DNA from: Thermodesulfobacteriota bacterium
Lineage (GTDB): Bacteria; Desulfobacterota; Desulfobacteria; Desulfobacterales; JAUWMJ01
DNA: 64,000 nucleotides
Assembly: GCA_034189135.1 (NCBI GenBank)
Contig: JAXHVO010000059.1
Span: 7,336-71,335, forward strand
Reading direction: 5' to 3'
Both the position numbers and the translations under genes were made by a program. Shown one piece after another: positions 45,877-56,342 of this stretch. Below the pieces are notes generated by a model, which saw only the letters and a list, made by a program, of their open reading frames with translations, did not search any database and was not told the origin of the DNA. Position 1 is the first letter of the stretch, and each line of letters begins with the position of its first letter.

Positions 45877-46314
45877 TTTTTGGGTTCCTTTTGTTTCTTA
45901 GGGTAAAAAATTAAACCGTCACGAAAACATGACAGGAAGAAAGCAGTAACATATCGCATTTTATCTCTATGTTGGGATAAAACAAAACTATATTGGAAAT
46001 ATGCAAGAAGCATGCAAGGCGGTAAGATAATAAATATTTATTTTGCATCGGCCGTGTTACATGGAAGAGATAATGATATAACAAAATGTAATAATTGATA
46101 AAAAAATGATTTATCAGGCAAAAGGTAAAGGGCAGCAGGTTAAAAAGTTTATATCTTCTGCTTTTATAGTAATAAGCGGCAGGAAATATTTGCCTACCCA
46201 TGGCTCATCTATTTGCCAACCACTTTCATTAAATCAGAAAAAAAACAATCATTCTTGAATAATTATTTTTGGTATACCCTTTCCGCTTTCGCAAGGCAGA
46301 GCCTTTTACTTTCA

Positions 46315-47034
46315 TCACAAATTCAATCGAATTCTTTTTCTTAATAACTGCTGCTGGTATTTGTATATAAATTTTGTCAAGGATTTTTGTTCATTTTTAT
46401 CTATACTAACGAACTGTAGGGCACAGCAGTTTTTTGGTTTAAGTGAACCTTTGACCGCTCTTACGATGGTTGCTTTTTTAATTTTTGATTTAAAAAATTT
46501 TCCTTCCAGGGGAAATAACAGTTCGATATCTTCAAAGCAGTCTCCGACTTTTAAAAAATGTTTTTCTTCAATTTCTGGCATATGACCGACAAGCGCAATA
46601 AGGGTGCCGCCAAGACTGACATCAATCACATTCATTTTAAGAAGTTTTGAATTTATTCTGACATGAAGTTTGGTTCCGGCAGGAACCTCCAGCCTGAAAT
46701 CTTTTCTTCTTTGTTTCCGATTAATGAAATCAGGAAAATTGACCTTTATTTCATCATGGTGGATTTCTCCCCCGGACGTTTTAAAGGAATAGCTTAAATT
46801 ATCTTTTCCGGTAAATTTAAAATTCATTTTTAGGTTGTTTAAACCGCCGGAAGCAGGTTGGAAATCCTTGGGAGAGTCGATCATAAAGGTTCGATTTTTC
46901 TTATTGGGATATACATTGGTAATAATGGTAAGACATTCATAATTCTTGCCGGTCAGCCGCATTTTGATAAGTGTTTTATCTTTTTTTATCGTTGTAAGAA
47001 TATCGGCAATGTGTTGGCCTTCAATTTTTTCCAT
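46315..47034 (-). CDS. PilZ domain c-di-GMP-binding protein (YcgR-like architecture)
   Basis: PilZ motifs RRKDFR (RxxxR) and DVSLGG (D/NxSxxG), with an N-terminal beta-rich domain. Confidence 0.8.
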   Translation of the reverse strand: MEKIEGQHIADILTTIKKDKTLIKMRLTGKNYECLTIITNVYPNKKNRTFMIDSPKDFQPASGGLNNLKMNFKFTGKDNLSYSFKTSGGEIHHDEIKVNFPDFINRKQRRKDFRLEVPAGTKLHVRINSKLLKMNVIDVSLGGTLIALVGHMPEIEEKHFLKVGDCFEDIELLFPLEGKFFKSKIKKATIVRAVKGSLKPKNCCALQFVSIDKNEQKSLTKFIYKYQQQLLRKRIRLNL

Positions 47035-47037
47035 GAG

Positions 47038-47487
47038 CTATAACCTTGCTATACTTTCGGCAAAAGTGGAATCCTGTAAAAGCTTCTTGGCAAAATCGAG
47101 ATATTTTCCCGTGATGGCCCTGACTGCAAGTTGCAATGCATAAGGTTTAATTGGTTTTTCCAGAAGGTAATTCACATCAGATGCCAGACACATATTTACA
47201 ATATCATCGCTGGCCATTCCGGAGATAATGATGGCATCTTTGTGGGCGGATGGAAATCTTTGTTCTATGGAATCGAGAAATAAAAAGCCGCTTTTCCCGC
47301 CCAGGAAAACATCAACAACAAACACAGCAACGCCGATCTCTCTGTTAAGACAGTATAGGATCGCTTTGTCCACATCGCTGAAAGTGACTATGTTTCCCCA
47401 GGTATAAAATTTCTCAATAATACCGGCGATGACTTTGCACACACTTTGATCATCGTCAACTATAATCACATCCAGGCCGTCTGACAT
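47038..47487 (-). CDS. Stand-alone response-regulator receiver protein
   Basis: REC signature VIIVDDD, VVDVFL, IIISG and LEKP. Start set at the ATG 6 nt after RBS AAGGAG. The track ORF extends to 47511. Confidence 0.8.
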   Translation of the reverse strand: MSDGLDVIIVDDDQSVCKVIAGIIEKFYTWGNIVTFSDVDKAILYCLNREIGVAVFVVDVFLGGKSGFLFLDSIEQRFPSAHKDAIIISGMASDDIVNMCLASDVNYLLEKPIKPYALQLAVRAITGKYLDFAKKLLQDSTFAESIARL

Positions 47488-47800
47488 CATTGTCTCCTTG
47501 TTTAGCATCACGATTACTGGTTATATGGAGATATTGGGTCTGCAAGTATTAAGCTGTTTGTAATATGCTCATCCATCGGAGAGGGTTGAATAATGATGAG
47601 ATTTTCCTCCCCAAATTAAAGTAAGTGGCAAACATTTAACACCTGCGCGAGTTACCTTGCAGACGAGTTGATAATGGTGACAAAAATTTATTTAATTCTC
47701 CTGTTTGTTTATTTTTCCACCATATTTATATACCATTTATCATTAATTTGCAATAAAATCTTGTATTTTTATGGATTCAAATATTTGGTTGGCTGGAAAA

Positions 47801-49033
47801 TCAGGCAGAGAAATTGCTTATTTTTCTAATCAAATCATTGGGAAAATATTCGTTATTCAACAAGACAGTGACCCTGCTTCCGGGCTGGGCAAAAGGCAAT
47901 GATTGTCCGTTGATATCGATGATATCTATTATTTTGTCCTTAACCACCGGTCCTTTTCTCCCCAGGACTTCGACATCGGTGCCTTTAAACATTTTATTTC
48001 TAACCTCGATATATGCCAGAGACCGGCCTGCTTTTTTAATCACTTTACCAATAAACAGGTGGCTGTCTAAAGGTTTGTTTTTTTCATAATTTGGCAATAT
48101 CTGATCGGGGTCTCCCAAATAAAAACCGGTGCAATAGCCACGGTTGTTTATTGAGGCAAGTTCATCCATCCATCTCGGTTTGGTTTCATAATCTTCAGGT
48201 GATGCATAATAGCTGTCAATGGCTTCCCGGTAAACTTTTACAGTTGATGCAAGATAGTTGATTGATTTCATTCGGCCTTCTATCTTAAATGAATCTATGC
48301 CTGATTCGATAATTTGCGGGATGTGTTCAATCATGCATAAATCGCTTGAATTAAAGATATAACTGCCACGGTCATCTTCAGCCAGGGGGTAGTATTTGTC
48401 GGGTCTTAATTCTTCCACCACGGCATATTTCCACCTGCATGGGTGCGTGCACAACCCGCGGTTGCTGTCCCGATTTGTCATAAAACTGCTGAGAAGACAT
48501 CGGCCTGAATAAGAGATGCACATGGCCCCGTGAACAAAAGCCTCTATTTCCAGCGAGCTTTGCGAGGCAATCTCATTTATCTCCTTTAAAGAAAGCTCCC
48601 GTGCTACATTTACTCTTTTGACGCCCAGTTTTTCCCAGAACACTGCACTTTTATAACTGGTGGTGTTGGCCTGGGTGCTGAGATGTATGGGAATTTCAGG
48701 TATAACGTTGCCGGCCTCCATGAATACTCCGGGATCGGAGATGATGACCGCATCGGCACCAATTTCGCCGATATATGTCAGAAAATCGATGACCGCTTCT
48801 TGCTCAAAATTCCTCGGATATATATTGCAAGCCACATAAACTCTGACACCCGCTTTATGGGCATCTCTTACCGCACTTTGAAGCTCATCGTGGCTGAAAT
48901 TTCCTGAAAAATTTCTCAAACTGAACTCCTTGCCGGCAAGATAAACCGCATCCGCACCATAATGTATGGCGATTTCTAATTTTTCCGGGTTGCCCGCAGG
49001 TGATAGAAGCTCTACTTTTTTAGTCATAGACAT
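47801..49033 (-). CDS. Peptidase U32 family protein
   Basis: N-terminal VELLSPAGNPEKLEIAIHYGADAVYLAG and EAFVHGAMCISYSGRCLLS are typical of the U32 family. Confidence 0.85.
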   Translation of the reverse strand: MSMTKKVELLSPAGNPEKLEIAIHYGADAVYLAGKEFSLRNFSGNFSHDELQSAVRDAHKAGVRVYVACNIYPRNFEQEAVIDFLTYIGEIGADAVIISDPGVFMEAGNVIPEIPIHLSTQANTTSYKSAVFWEKLGVKRVNVARELSLKEINEIASQSSLEIEAFVHGAMCISYSGRCLLSSFMTNRDSNRGLCTHPCRWKYAVVEELRPDKYYPLAEDDRGSYIFNSSDLCMIEHIPQIIESGIDSFKIEGRMKSINYLASTVKVYREAIDSYYASPEDYETKPRWMDELASINNRGYCTGFYLGDPDQILPNYEKNKPLDSHLFIGKVIKKAGRSLAYIEVRNKMFKGTDVEVLGRKGPVVKDKIIDIIDINGQSLPFAQPGSRVTVLLNNEYFPNDLIRKISNFSA

Positions 49034-49238
49034 GGCTTTTTATCGCGTAAAGTTGTTGGTTTATGAAAAAATCAGCCTTGCTGATGTATTTTGAACCGCA
49101 GAATATCGAACAATGATTTACGAATGTCGAAGTAAATGATAACGAATAACCTTTGTTAATTCGATATTCCTTGTTCAAAATTCGATATTTAAATGGCGAT
49201 GCCGTTGTTTAAAAATTAAGCCTGATGAGTTCCACTTT

Positions 49239-50123
49239 TTACGAATCCATCAATATGTGCTCGATGGTTTTTTTAAGACTTTCCTGCCAGGATTTTATAC
49301 TAATTCCAAAATGTTGTTTGACCAGGCTGCAATCAAGGGCGGAAAAGGCCGGTCGTTTGGTCCGGACAGGGTACTGGTCGGTTGTTACCGCTTCTACGCT
49401 GGGCACTTTATAATTTTGGTATTGAGCTGCAATTTCAAATATCGTTTTGGCAAATTTGTGCCATGTGGTGATGCCAAGGCCGCAATAGTGGTAAGTTCCC
49501 CAGGCAGTTTTATTGTTTAGTATAATTTGTTTTGAAATATCCACGGCAGCTTCAGCCAGATCCGCCGCACAGGTTGGACAACCGTATTGATCGGAAACAA
49601 CTTTTATGACCCCTTTTTCATTGCCGAGCCGAAGCATTGTTTTTACAAAATTATTTCCGTAAGCGCCATACAGCCAGGAAGTACGCAGAATAACATGTTG
49701 CTTCAGTATAGATCTCAGTTTGTTTTCACCCTCTGCTTTACTTTTTCCGTAAATGCCAAGCGGTGATACAGGGTCCGATTCGGTGTAAGGTTGGCCTTTG
49801 CTGCCGTCAAAAACATAATCCGTTGAGACATGAATGAGCGGTATTTGCTTTTTATTACAACATACGGCAAGGTTGGCAGGTCCAATGCTGTTTACCGAAA
49901 AGGCCATTTCCGATTCGGTTTCCGCCTGATCGACATTTGTGTAGGCACTCGCATTGATAACCATTGAGGGCTTAAATTCAGTAAGAATTTTTTCAACGCA
50001 AGACGGGTCGGCGATATTAAATTCCGGAAGGTCAACAGCCAGGTATAAAAAATTATTTCTTCTGCATTCGATCACCAATTCTGAACCGAGTTGCCCGTTT
50101 GAGCCGATAATGAGGAGCTTCAT
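49239..50123 (-). CDS. rfbD: dTDP-4-dehydrorhamnose reductase
   Basis: MKLLIIGSNGQLG Rossmann motif, STDYVFDG and YGKSK catalytic motif. Confidence 0.9.
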   Translation of the reverse strand: MKLLIIGSNGQLGSELVIECRRNNFLYLAVDLPEFNIADPSCVEKILTEFKPSMVINASAYTNVDQAETESEMAFSVNSIGPANLAVCCNKKQIPLIHVSTDYVFDGSKGQPYTESDPVSPLGIYGKSKAEGENKLRSILKQHVILRTSWLYGAYGNNFVKTMLRLGNEKGVIKVVSDQYGCPTCAADLAEAAVDISKQIILNNKTAWGTYHYCGLGITTWHKFAKTIFEIAAQYQNYKVPSVEAVTTDQYPVRTKRPAFSALDCSLVKQHFGISIKSWQESLKKTIEHILMDS

Positions 50124-50683
50124 CTGCTGTTCTCCTGTGAGGGAAGCTGGTTAGGGAGAAGGTCGCAAAGCTTGAGGTTGCGTCTGTCTTTATCAGAAAC
50201 AATTGGATTTTTCTCAGGCCAGGCTATAGCGATGTCGGAATCCGCCCAATTAATACCGCATTCATCTTCCGGAGCATAGAATTCAGAACATTTATATAAA
50301 AAGTGGGCGGTTTTGCTGATCACGCAGAAGCCGTGGGCGAAACCTTGGGGAATGAAGAGCTGACGTTTGTTTTGATCGGACAGGTAAGCACCGGTCCATT
50401 GGCCGAAGGTGGGTGAACCGGATCGGATATCAACAGCCACATCAAATATTTCACCTGTTAAAACCTGGACCAGTTTTGCCTGGGGATGTTTAACCTGATA
50501 ATGCAAGCCACGCAAAGTACCTTGAACGGAAAAAGAAAGATTGTCCTGAACAAATATCTGATTGATACCGTGTTTTGAATACCTCTCCTGTTGATAGGTT
50601 TCCATGAAAAATCCACGATTGTCTTTGAATACCTCAGGTTCAATAATAAGGACACCTTCAATTGCTGTGGTGATGATATTCAT
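50120..50683 (-). CDS. rfbC: dTDP-4-dehydrorhamnose 3,5-epimerase
   Basis: IEGVLIIEPEVFKDNRGFFMETY, RGLHYQ and GFAHGF. Start at the internal ATG 50683 (RBS AAAGGAA). The longer track ORF would overlap the upstream gene. Confidence 0.9.
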   Translation of the reverse strand: MNIITTAIEGVLIIEPEVFKDNRGFFMETYQQERYSKHGINQIFVQDNLSFSVQGTLRGLHYQVKHPQAKLVQVLTGEIFDVAVDIRSGSPTFGQWTGAYLSDQNKRQLFIPQGFAHGFCVISKTAHFLYKCSEFYAPEDECGINWADSDIAIAWPEKNPIVSDKDRRNLKLCDLLPNQLPSQENSR

Positions 50684-50768
50684 TTTAATTCCTTTTTGTA
50701 TGTTCGATGTTTGGTCTATTTTTTTGTTTTCTTTCCCTTCTGCCTTCTGCCACCTTGTCTTCCGTCTT

Positions 50769-51983
50769 TCATTTAAGCGCCATGTCGGAAGATAAAATAA
50801 GTTCAACTCCGGCTTCAGTTAGCAGGGCAGCCGCCGTCCCTTCCTTTTTCTCAACAACAATGACCTGATCCGGTTTAAAACCGAGCAGCCATCTTCCCAC
50901 CAGAAATCCCTTTTTGGTTTCTGCCTGCCAATGGGGGTTGCGGACATATTCACGATGGGATATTTCTCCTCCGGCTCTGTCAATGGTTTCAAGCAAAAAC
51001 CATGGCGCCCTAGCCATGTGGGCTTCTATTTCTCCTTCCGGTTTTTTTACCGGAGTAAGACGTCGAAACTTATCAGGCTCATGAGAGTGGATTTTAACGC
51101 CGGCCATGACCACCTGAGAGAAAGTGCTCAGGATATTATTTTCCAGGTTGTGACTGATACGATGGGCGAGTTCAAGGGAACAGGAACGAAGAACGACATC
51201 CAGATCAACAATAAAACGGCCTCCAGCCATACGGCTTAGACACCTTTCGACACGCTCTACGCGGGGATGGGCTTCAACCAGGGCTATAATTTTTCGTTCA
51301 GTATCACGGTCGATGGCTTCATCCATCAGGTCACGAAGCGCCCTAAGCAACAGGTTGCCACCGGACCAGAAAATAAAGATTGACACCGCACCTGCCGCCC
51401 ACCGGTCAAGCCTGACACCATAGTATGCGCCGATCAGGCTGAAAACCACCACCAATGTGGAAAGCCCGTCAGCCAGATAGTCGCGGGCATCGGCTTGCAG
51501 GGCTTTTGAATGCAGTTTTTTCCCGGTGTGAAGCTGGTAAAAGCCGAAAGACAAAGTAATGATAAGGGAAACCACTGCAACGGGAAGTGTAATGGCAACA
51601 TCGGGTAGGATATTCGGTCCTAAAAAGGCGCGCCTGCCGACTTCATAGCCTGCCAAAATGACAGCAATTGAGGTAATTAGCGTTGCCAGGGTTTCAGCTT
51701 TGTAAAGGCCGTAGGGAAAAGAAGGGTGTTTTTTACCGGCCAGCCAGAGACCGGCACAGGCAGCGGCAGAGCCAACCACATCTGTGGCAGAATGGATGGC
51801 ATCACCGACAAGGGCTGAAGAACCGCCAAGAACGCCGGCAACACCTTTGCCTAAAGACAGCAAAAGGTTGAGTGCGACTGAAACTGCAGCCCTGCTCCGG
51901 GCCTTTTTAATTTCTATATGGGCGCCAACAGCTTTTTTGGCCTGTGGCTGGACAAGTTGAGATGATTTTTCTGTAGATTTCAT
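50769..51983 (-). CDS. Cation diffusion facilitator transporter with a C-terminal NifB/NifX-like domain
   Basis: CDF TM core with ALVGDAIHSATDVV and ADARDYLADGL. The C-terminal roughly 100 aa (HMARAPWFLLE...LLTEAGVELI) resembles the dinitrogenase FeMo-cofactor-binding fold. Confidence 0.75.
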   Translation of the reverse strand: MKSTEKSSQLVQPQAKKAVGAHIEIKKARSRAAVSVALNLLLSLGKGVAGVLGGSSALVGDAIHSATDVVGSAAACAGLWLAGKKHPSFPYGLYKAETLATLITSIAVILAGYEVGRRAFLGPNILPDVAITLPVAVVSLIITLSFGFYQLHTGKKLHSKALQADARDYLADGLSTLVVVFSLIGAYYGVRLDRWAAGAVSIFIFWSGGNLLLRALRDLMDEAIDRDTERKIIALVEAHPRVERVERCLSRMAGGRFIVDLDVVLRSCSLELAHRISHNLENNILSTFSQVVMAGVKIHSHEPDKFRRLTPVKKPEGEIEAHMARAPWFLLETIDRAGGEISHREYVRNPHWQAETKKGFLVGRWLLGFKPDQVIVVEKKEGTAAALLTEAGVELILSSDMALK

Positions 51984-52023
51984 AAAAATGACTACGCAGG
52001 TTTCGGGTTACGGGGCTCGAATT

Positions 52024-54198
52024 CTAAGCGCCTAACAACTTTCCTCCCTGATAAACGAAAAAAGCAGCAAACCACGCAATGGAAGTGTTATAGGTAATGC
52101 TGAAGAACATCCATTTAAAGGAACCGGTTTCCCGTTTGATTGCTGCAACTGTGGCAAGACACGGAAGATACAACAGAACAAAAATCATCATTGAAAGCGC
52201 AGAAAGGGGAGTCATCCCGGATGATAAAAGAGCTTCCTTTAAGGCGTCTGACTCTTCATCGGCGGCATGCAGAACAGCCATGGTGCTTACCACAATCTCT
52301 TTGGCAACAAACCCGGTGAGTAGGGCGACTCCTCCACGCCAATCAATACCTATGGGTGCAAATAAGGGTGAAATGGTTTTTCCCAGCCTGCCCATGAAAG
52401 ATTTTTCCACTTGCTCGGTTTTCTGAGCTCGGGTTAATTCCGGTATGTCGGCATCTTTTTGGCTTAACAATGTGTTATTATCCGCATTACCTGACTTGAC
52501 ATCAGTCTGGTAAGACGCTTTTATTTTTTTCATTTCACCGTTAGCATCTAAAGAATACTCTGCACTGCGGGGAAAAGCAGAAAGTGTCCACACGACCACG
52601 GAACCAATCAGTATTATCCCGCCCATTTTTTTTAAAAACATTTTGCTGCGGTCCCACATATGAATTAAAAGATTTTTTAAGATGGGAACCCGGTATGGCG
52701 GAAGCTCCATGACAAAGGGAGCGTCCGCTCCTCTTAAAAGGGTTGAACGGAAAAGGCGGCCGGTTAAAATGGAAAGGACAATTCCCACCAGATAAATAGA
52801 GAAGATAACGGTTCCGGCCTTTGCACCAAAGAAAGTTCCTGCAAGTACAATATAAACAGGCAGCTTTGCCGAACAGGACATAAAGGGAGTAATCAGGATT
52901 GTAAGGATACGGTCTTTTTCACCTTCGAGAGTCCGGGCCGACATGATGGCAGGGACATTGCACCCAAACCCCATCAGCATGGGAATAAACGATTTTCCGT
53001 GAAGGCCGATCAGATGCATGATCTTATCCATGAGAAAGGCAGCTCTTGCCATATAGCCGGTATCCTCAAAAATTGCGATGCAGAAGAAAAGAATCATAAT
53101 GTTCGGCAAAAAAATGATCACACTTCCGACACCTGCAATAATTCCGTTTAACAGGAGATCTTTAAAAAGGCTAGCAGGAATCAAACCATTCAGTGTGGAC
53201 GATAAAAAACTGATACCTGTGTCAATCCACTCCATCGGATATGCACCGAAATAAAAAGTTGCCTGAAACATGGCCCAGATAAATATAAAAAAGATGGGGA
53301 ACCCGATGAAACGGTTGGTCAAAACAAGATCAATGTTTCGGGATATATCTATGCGTTCCTTAATGGATGTTGTATGTACTTCTTTGATAATTCCGGCAAT
53401 GAATCCGTATCGTTCATCTGTCATGATGATTTCCGGTTCATCGTCGAAACGATCCCTTAAAAAAATGCGCTGCGATAAAGCTTCCTTAAGAATTTTTTCA
53501 GCCTTGTCGGCGGCCTTTTCAACAATGCGCTGCTTTACAATTTTATCGTCTTCCAACAGCTTTATGGCCGTCCACCTGGTATTATAGGGTAGTTCCTCAG
53601 CAATTTTTGACTCAATAAGGCTCTGGAGCTTTGCAATGGAATTTTCAATATCTCTGTTATACCGGACCTTACGTTCTTGAGGCATTTTAAAGCTCGATTT
53701 TGCCAGTTTAACGGCTTCTTTTAACAGAGTGTCTATGCCTTCATTTTTATTGCTGATGGTAAAAACAACCGGTACATCAAGAAGTTCGGATAGCTTGTTG
53801 GCATCGATTTTGATCCCTCTTGTTTTGGCCAGATCAGCCATATTAAGGGCGAATAGAACTTTACAATCGGTTTCCCTTAACTGGGTGGCCAGGTAGAGAC
53901 TTCTTTCAAGATTGGACGCGTCAATGATATCGATGACAAGGTCAGGACATTCTTCAAGAACAAAATCCCGCGCAATGATTTCTTCAATAGAAAAAGGGGT
54001 CAGGCTGTAAGTTCCGGGAAGATCAATAATGGTAAGATCGTATCCGAACTTGTTCACCGTACCCTCTTTTTTTTCAACAGTCACGCCGGGCCAGTTGCCG
54101 ACTTTTTGCCTGGTCCCGGTAATATTATTAAACGTTGTCGTTTTACCGGAATTGGGGTTGCCTGCAAGGGCTATGGTAAAGTTTTTTTGCTGTATCAT
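52024..54198 (-). CDS. feoB: Ferrous iron transporter FeoB
   Basis: N-terminal G domain IALAGNPNSGKTTTFN and DLPGTYSL, plus a large polytopic permease domain. Confidence 0.96.
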   Translation of the reverse strand: MIQQKNFTIALAGNPNSGKTTTFNNITGTRQKVGNWPGVTVEKKEGTVNKFGYDLTIIDLPGTYSLTPFSIEEIIARDFVLEECPDLVIDIIDASNLERSLYLATQLRETDCKVLFALNMADLAKTRGIKIDANKLSELLDVPVVFTISNKNEGIDTLLKEAVKLAKSSFKMPQERKVRYNRDIENSIAKLQSLIESKIAEELPYNTRWTAIKLLEDDKIVKQRIVEKAADKAEKILKEALSQRIFLRDRFDDEPEIIMTDERYGFIAGIIKEVHTTSIKERIDISRNIDLVLTNRFIGFPIFFIFIWAMFQATFYFGAYPMEWIDTGISFLSSTLNGLIPASLFKDLLLNGIIAGVGSVIIFLPNIMILFFCIAIFEDTGYMARAAFLMDKIMHLIGLHGKSFIPMLMGFGCNVPAIMSARTLEGEKDRILTILITPFMSCSAKLPVYIVLAGTFFGAKAGTVIFSIYLVGIVLSILTGRLFRSTLLRGADAPFVMELPPYRVPILKNLLIHMWDRSKMFLKKMGGIILIGSVVVWTLSAFPRSAEYSLDANGEMKKIKASYQTDVKSGNADNNTLLSQKDADIPELTRAQKTEQVEKSFMGRLGKTISPLFAPIGIDWRGGVALLTGFVAKEIVVSTMAVLHAADEESDALKEALLSSGMTPLSALSMMIFVLLYLPCLATVAAIKRETGSFKWMFFSITYNTSIAWFAAFFVYQGGKLLGA

Positions 54199-54231
54199 TA
54201 TTGGTCTACTTGTAACCGTTCAATGAATGAT

Positions 54232-54336
54232 GAATTTAGAAAATAGAAATTGGAAATTTTAGGCCTTCACCTCGTAACAACGTCTTATCTTATCCTAATT
54301 TCTACTTTCTGATATCAAGTTTCAAGCCGTGAACGG
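54232..54336 (-). repeat. Family-2 GAAA-rich repeat, copy 2b (between feoA and feoB)
   Basis: The reverse complement aligns with copy 2a: ...CGGCTTGAAACTTGATATCAGAAAGTAGAAATTAGG...AAAATTTCCAATTTCTATTTTCTAAATTC. Confidence 0.7.
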
Positions 54337-54343
54337 CTTCTTT

Positions 54344-54571
54344 CTATTTTACATTATCAACCGTGATAAGAGCTGCTTCTTCCACACGAAGTGATATATG
54401 ACATCCCTTTATTATCAGTTCAAGGGGATCTTTCAAGGGAGCATATTTTTCAATATATATTTCAGTACCTTTTAAAATTCCCATTTCAAGTATTCGCCTG
54501 CGCAATGCACTGTTTCCGCCGATGGTTTCAATGCTGGCGGTCTGACCTTCTTTCATTTCACTTAATAACAT
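54344..54571 (-). CDS. feoA: Ferrous iron transport protein FeoA
   Basis: 75-aa SH3-like FeoA with MLLSEMKEGQTASIETIGG and RRRILEMGILKGTEI. Confidence 0.9.
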   Translation of the reverse strand: MLLSEMKEGQTASIETIGGNSALRRRILEMGILKGTEIYIEKYAPLKDPLELIIKGCHISLRVEEAALITVDNVK

Positions 54572-54908
54572 TTATAAACTTTCCTTTTTTTATACCTTCA
54601 GTCCCGCTCCATCTGATGGGCATTACTGTCAAGACAGCAAGGGACAATAAATTATTTTTATCGCTTACCGTCTACGGCTTAACATAAACCAAGGGGTGGA
54701 AGACTTGTTTGTCAATCTCAAATTTCTAACACTTTTGCCCCATAAAAGAGTACATCGCATGAATGAACTGTAATCATACAACTACAACGGCAACAAGGTC
54801 TGGATACTGTAATATAATTCTCTTGAGGCGGTTATCAATAAAATGCAGGTAAATATTTAAAAAAACCACCACAATCGTCTCCCTGCCCTGAGATTTTATG
54901 GCCGCGAT

Positions 54909-56294
54909 TTACCTTTTTGCTAATTTGGTTACAGATTCTATATGATATGTATGGGGAAACATGTCAACAGGCTGAACCTCTATCACGCGGTATATATCTT
55001 TCATCAGGAAAATATCTCTTGCCAGGGTGGCAGGGTTGCATGAGACATAAACAATTCTGTCCGGTGCCATATCAATGACCTGTTTGACAACATCTTGGTG
55101 CATTCCCGACCTGGGTGGATCAATAATCATCACATCAGGTCGCTTGGTAATCTGCGCAAGACATTTTATGATATCCCCACAGATAAATCGGCAATTGGAA
55201 ATATGATTACTGGCACAGTTATTTTGAGCATCCTTTACCGCACTTTCATTAATTTCGATTCCGATGATTTCTTTGGCGGAATCTGAAATATAAATCGGAA
55301 TGGTGCCGGTACCGCTGTATAGATCGATTACGGTTTCATTACCGATGAGTTCGGCGAACATTTTTACCGTTTCATATAAACGCGTTGCGCCGGACGTGTT
55401 GGTTTGGAAAAAAGAGTTTGCCGATATCTCAAAGTCATGAGCGCCTATTTTATCTTTGATATGTGAAGAACCCGCCAAACAAATCTCATACTCGCCGATG
55501 GCCACGCCCGCCGGTTTTGAGGTGATATTGTTTATTACCGATGCTATTTTCGCATATTTTTTAATTAAAAGATCGGCCAGAGGCTGTACTTTTTTTCTGT
55601 TTTCATCCGCGGTTATGATATTGACCATCCACTGATCATAAAAAGACGAATGCCTTAACATAAGAAATCGCCAGAATCCCACATGGCTGCGAAGTCCGTA
55701 AACAGGAAGGTCGGAACTTTTTATGAAATTTCCCACATCATCAAGAATCAAGTTGCCCAGGTCGGGCTGAAGCAGGCATTTCCGGATATCCAATACCTTA
55801 TAAAAAGTCCCGGGCACATGAAGTCCGATGGCAAAACCGGTTTCCAGGTTTAAACCCATCTCATCCGGTAACAGCCATCTTCTGTCACTGCAGGAAAACT
55901 CCATTTTATTTCTGTAACCGAAAAGCAGCTTCGAAGGGATGGTCGGATGCACCACAGCATCCTCGATAAAGCCGATATGTTTTAAGGAATCGATCACATG
56001 CTGCTGTTTGTAGAAAATTTGTTTGCCATATTCCAAAAACTGCCACTTGCAGCCTCCGCAGAAGCCACTGAACTCGCACGGGGGATTTATCCTGTCTGGT
56101 GAGGGCTCAATCAGTTTTACAATGCGACCATTGGCAAAATTTTTCTTTTTTTTGGTTATTTGAATCGATACCAGATCTAACGGTACAGCCTGATCAACAA
56201 ATACAGCAAAGCCGTCCACACGCGCAATGCCTTTGCCGCCAAAGGCCATGTCTGTGATCTTAACATCAATAATTTGTCCTTTTTTAATTGTCAT
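54909..56294 (-). CDS. rlmD: 23S rRNA (uracil-5)-methyltransferase, RlmD/RumA family
   Basis: TRAM domain, Fe-S cysteines CEFSGFCGGCKWQ, SAM motif DLYSGTGT, and DPPRSG and VSCNPATLARD motifs. Confidence 0.85.
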   Translation of the reverse strand: MTIKKGQIIDVKITDMAFGGKGIARVDGFAVFVDQAVPLDLVSIQITKKKKNFANGRIVKLIEPSPDRINPPCEFSGFCGGCKWQFLEYGKQIFYKQQHVIDSLKHIGFIEDAVVHPTIPSKLLFGYRNKMEFSCSDRRWLLPDEMGLNLETGFAIGLHVPGTFYKVLDIRKCLLQPDLGNLILDDVGNFIKSSDLPVYGLRSHVGFWRFLMLRHSSFYDQWMVNIITADENRKKVQPLADLLIKKYAKIASVINNITSKPAGVAIGEYEICLAGSSHIKDKIGAHDFEISANSFFQTNTSGATRLYETVKMFAELIGNETVIDLYSGTGTIPIYISDSAKEIIGIEINESAVKDAQNNCASNHISNCRFICGDIIKCLAQITKRPDVMIIDPPRSGMHQDVVKQVIDMAPDRIVYVSCNPATLARDIFLMKDIYRVIEVQPVDMFPHTYHIESVTKLAKR

Positions 56295-56342
56295 TTTCTT
56301 AAATTATGTTTATCCTCTTAACCTGTTAGAATTAATTGAGGA

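Noticed and set aside
54641-54662. AT-rich GACAATAAATTATTTTTATCG upstream of feoA as a possible Fur box.
   Set aside because: It aligns poorly by eye with the 19-bp GATAATGATAATCATTATC consensus, and no PWM score is available.
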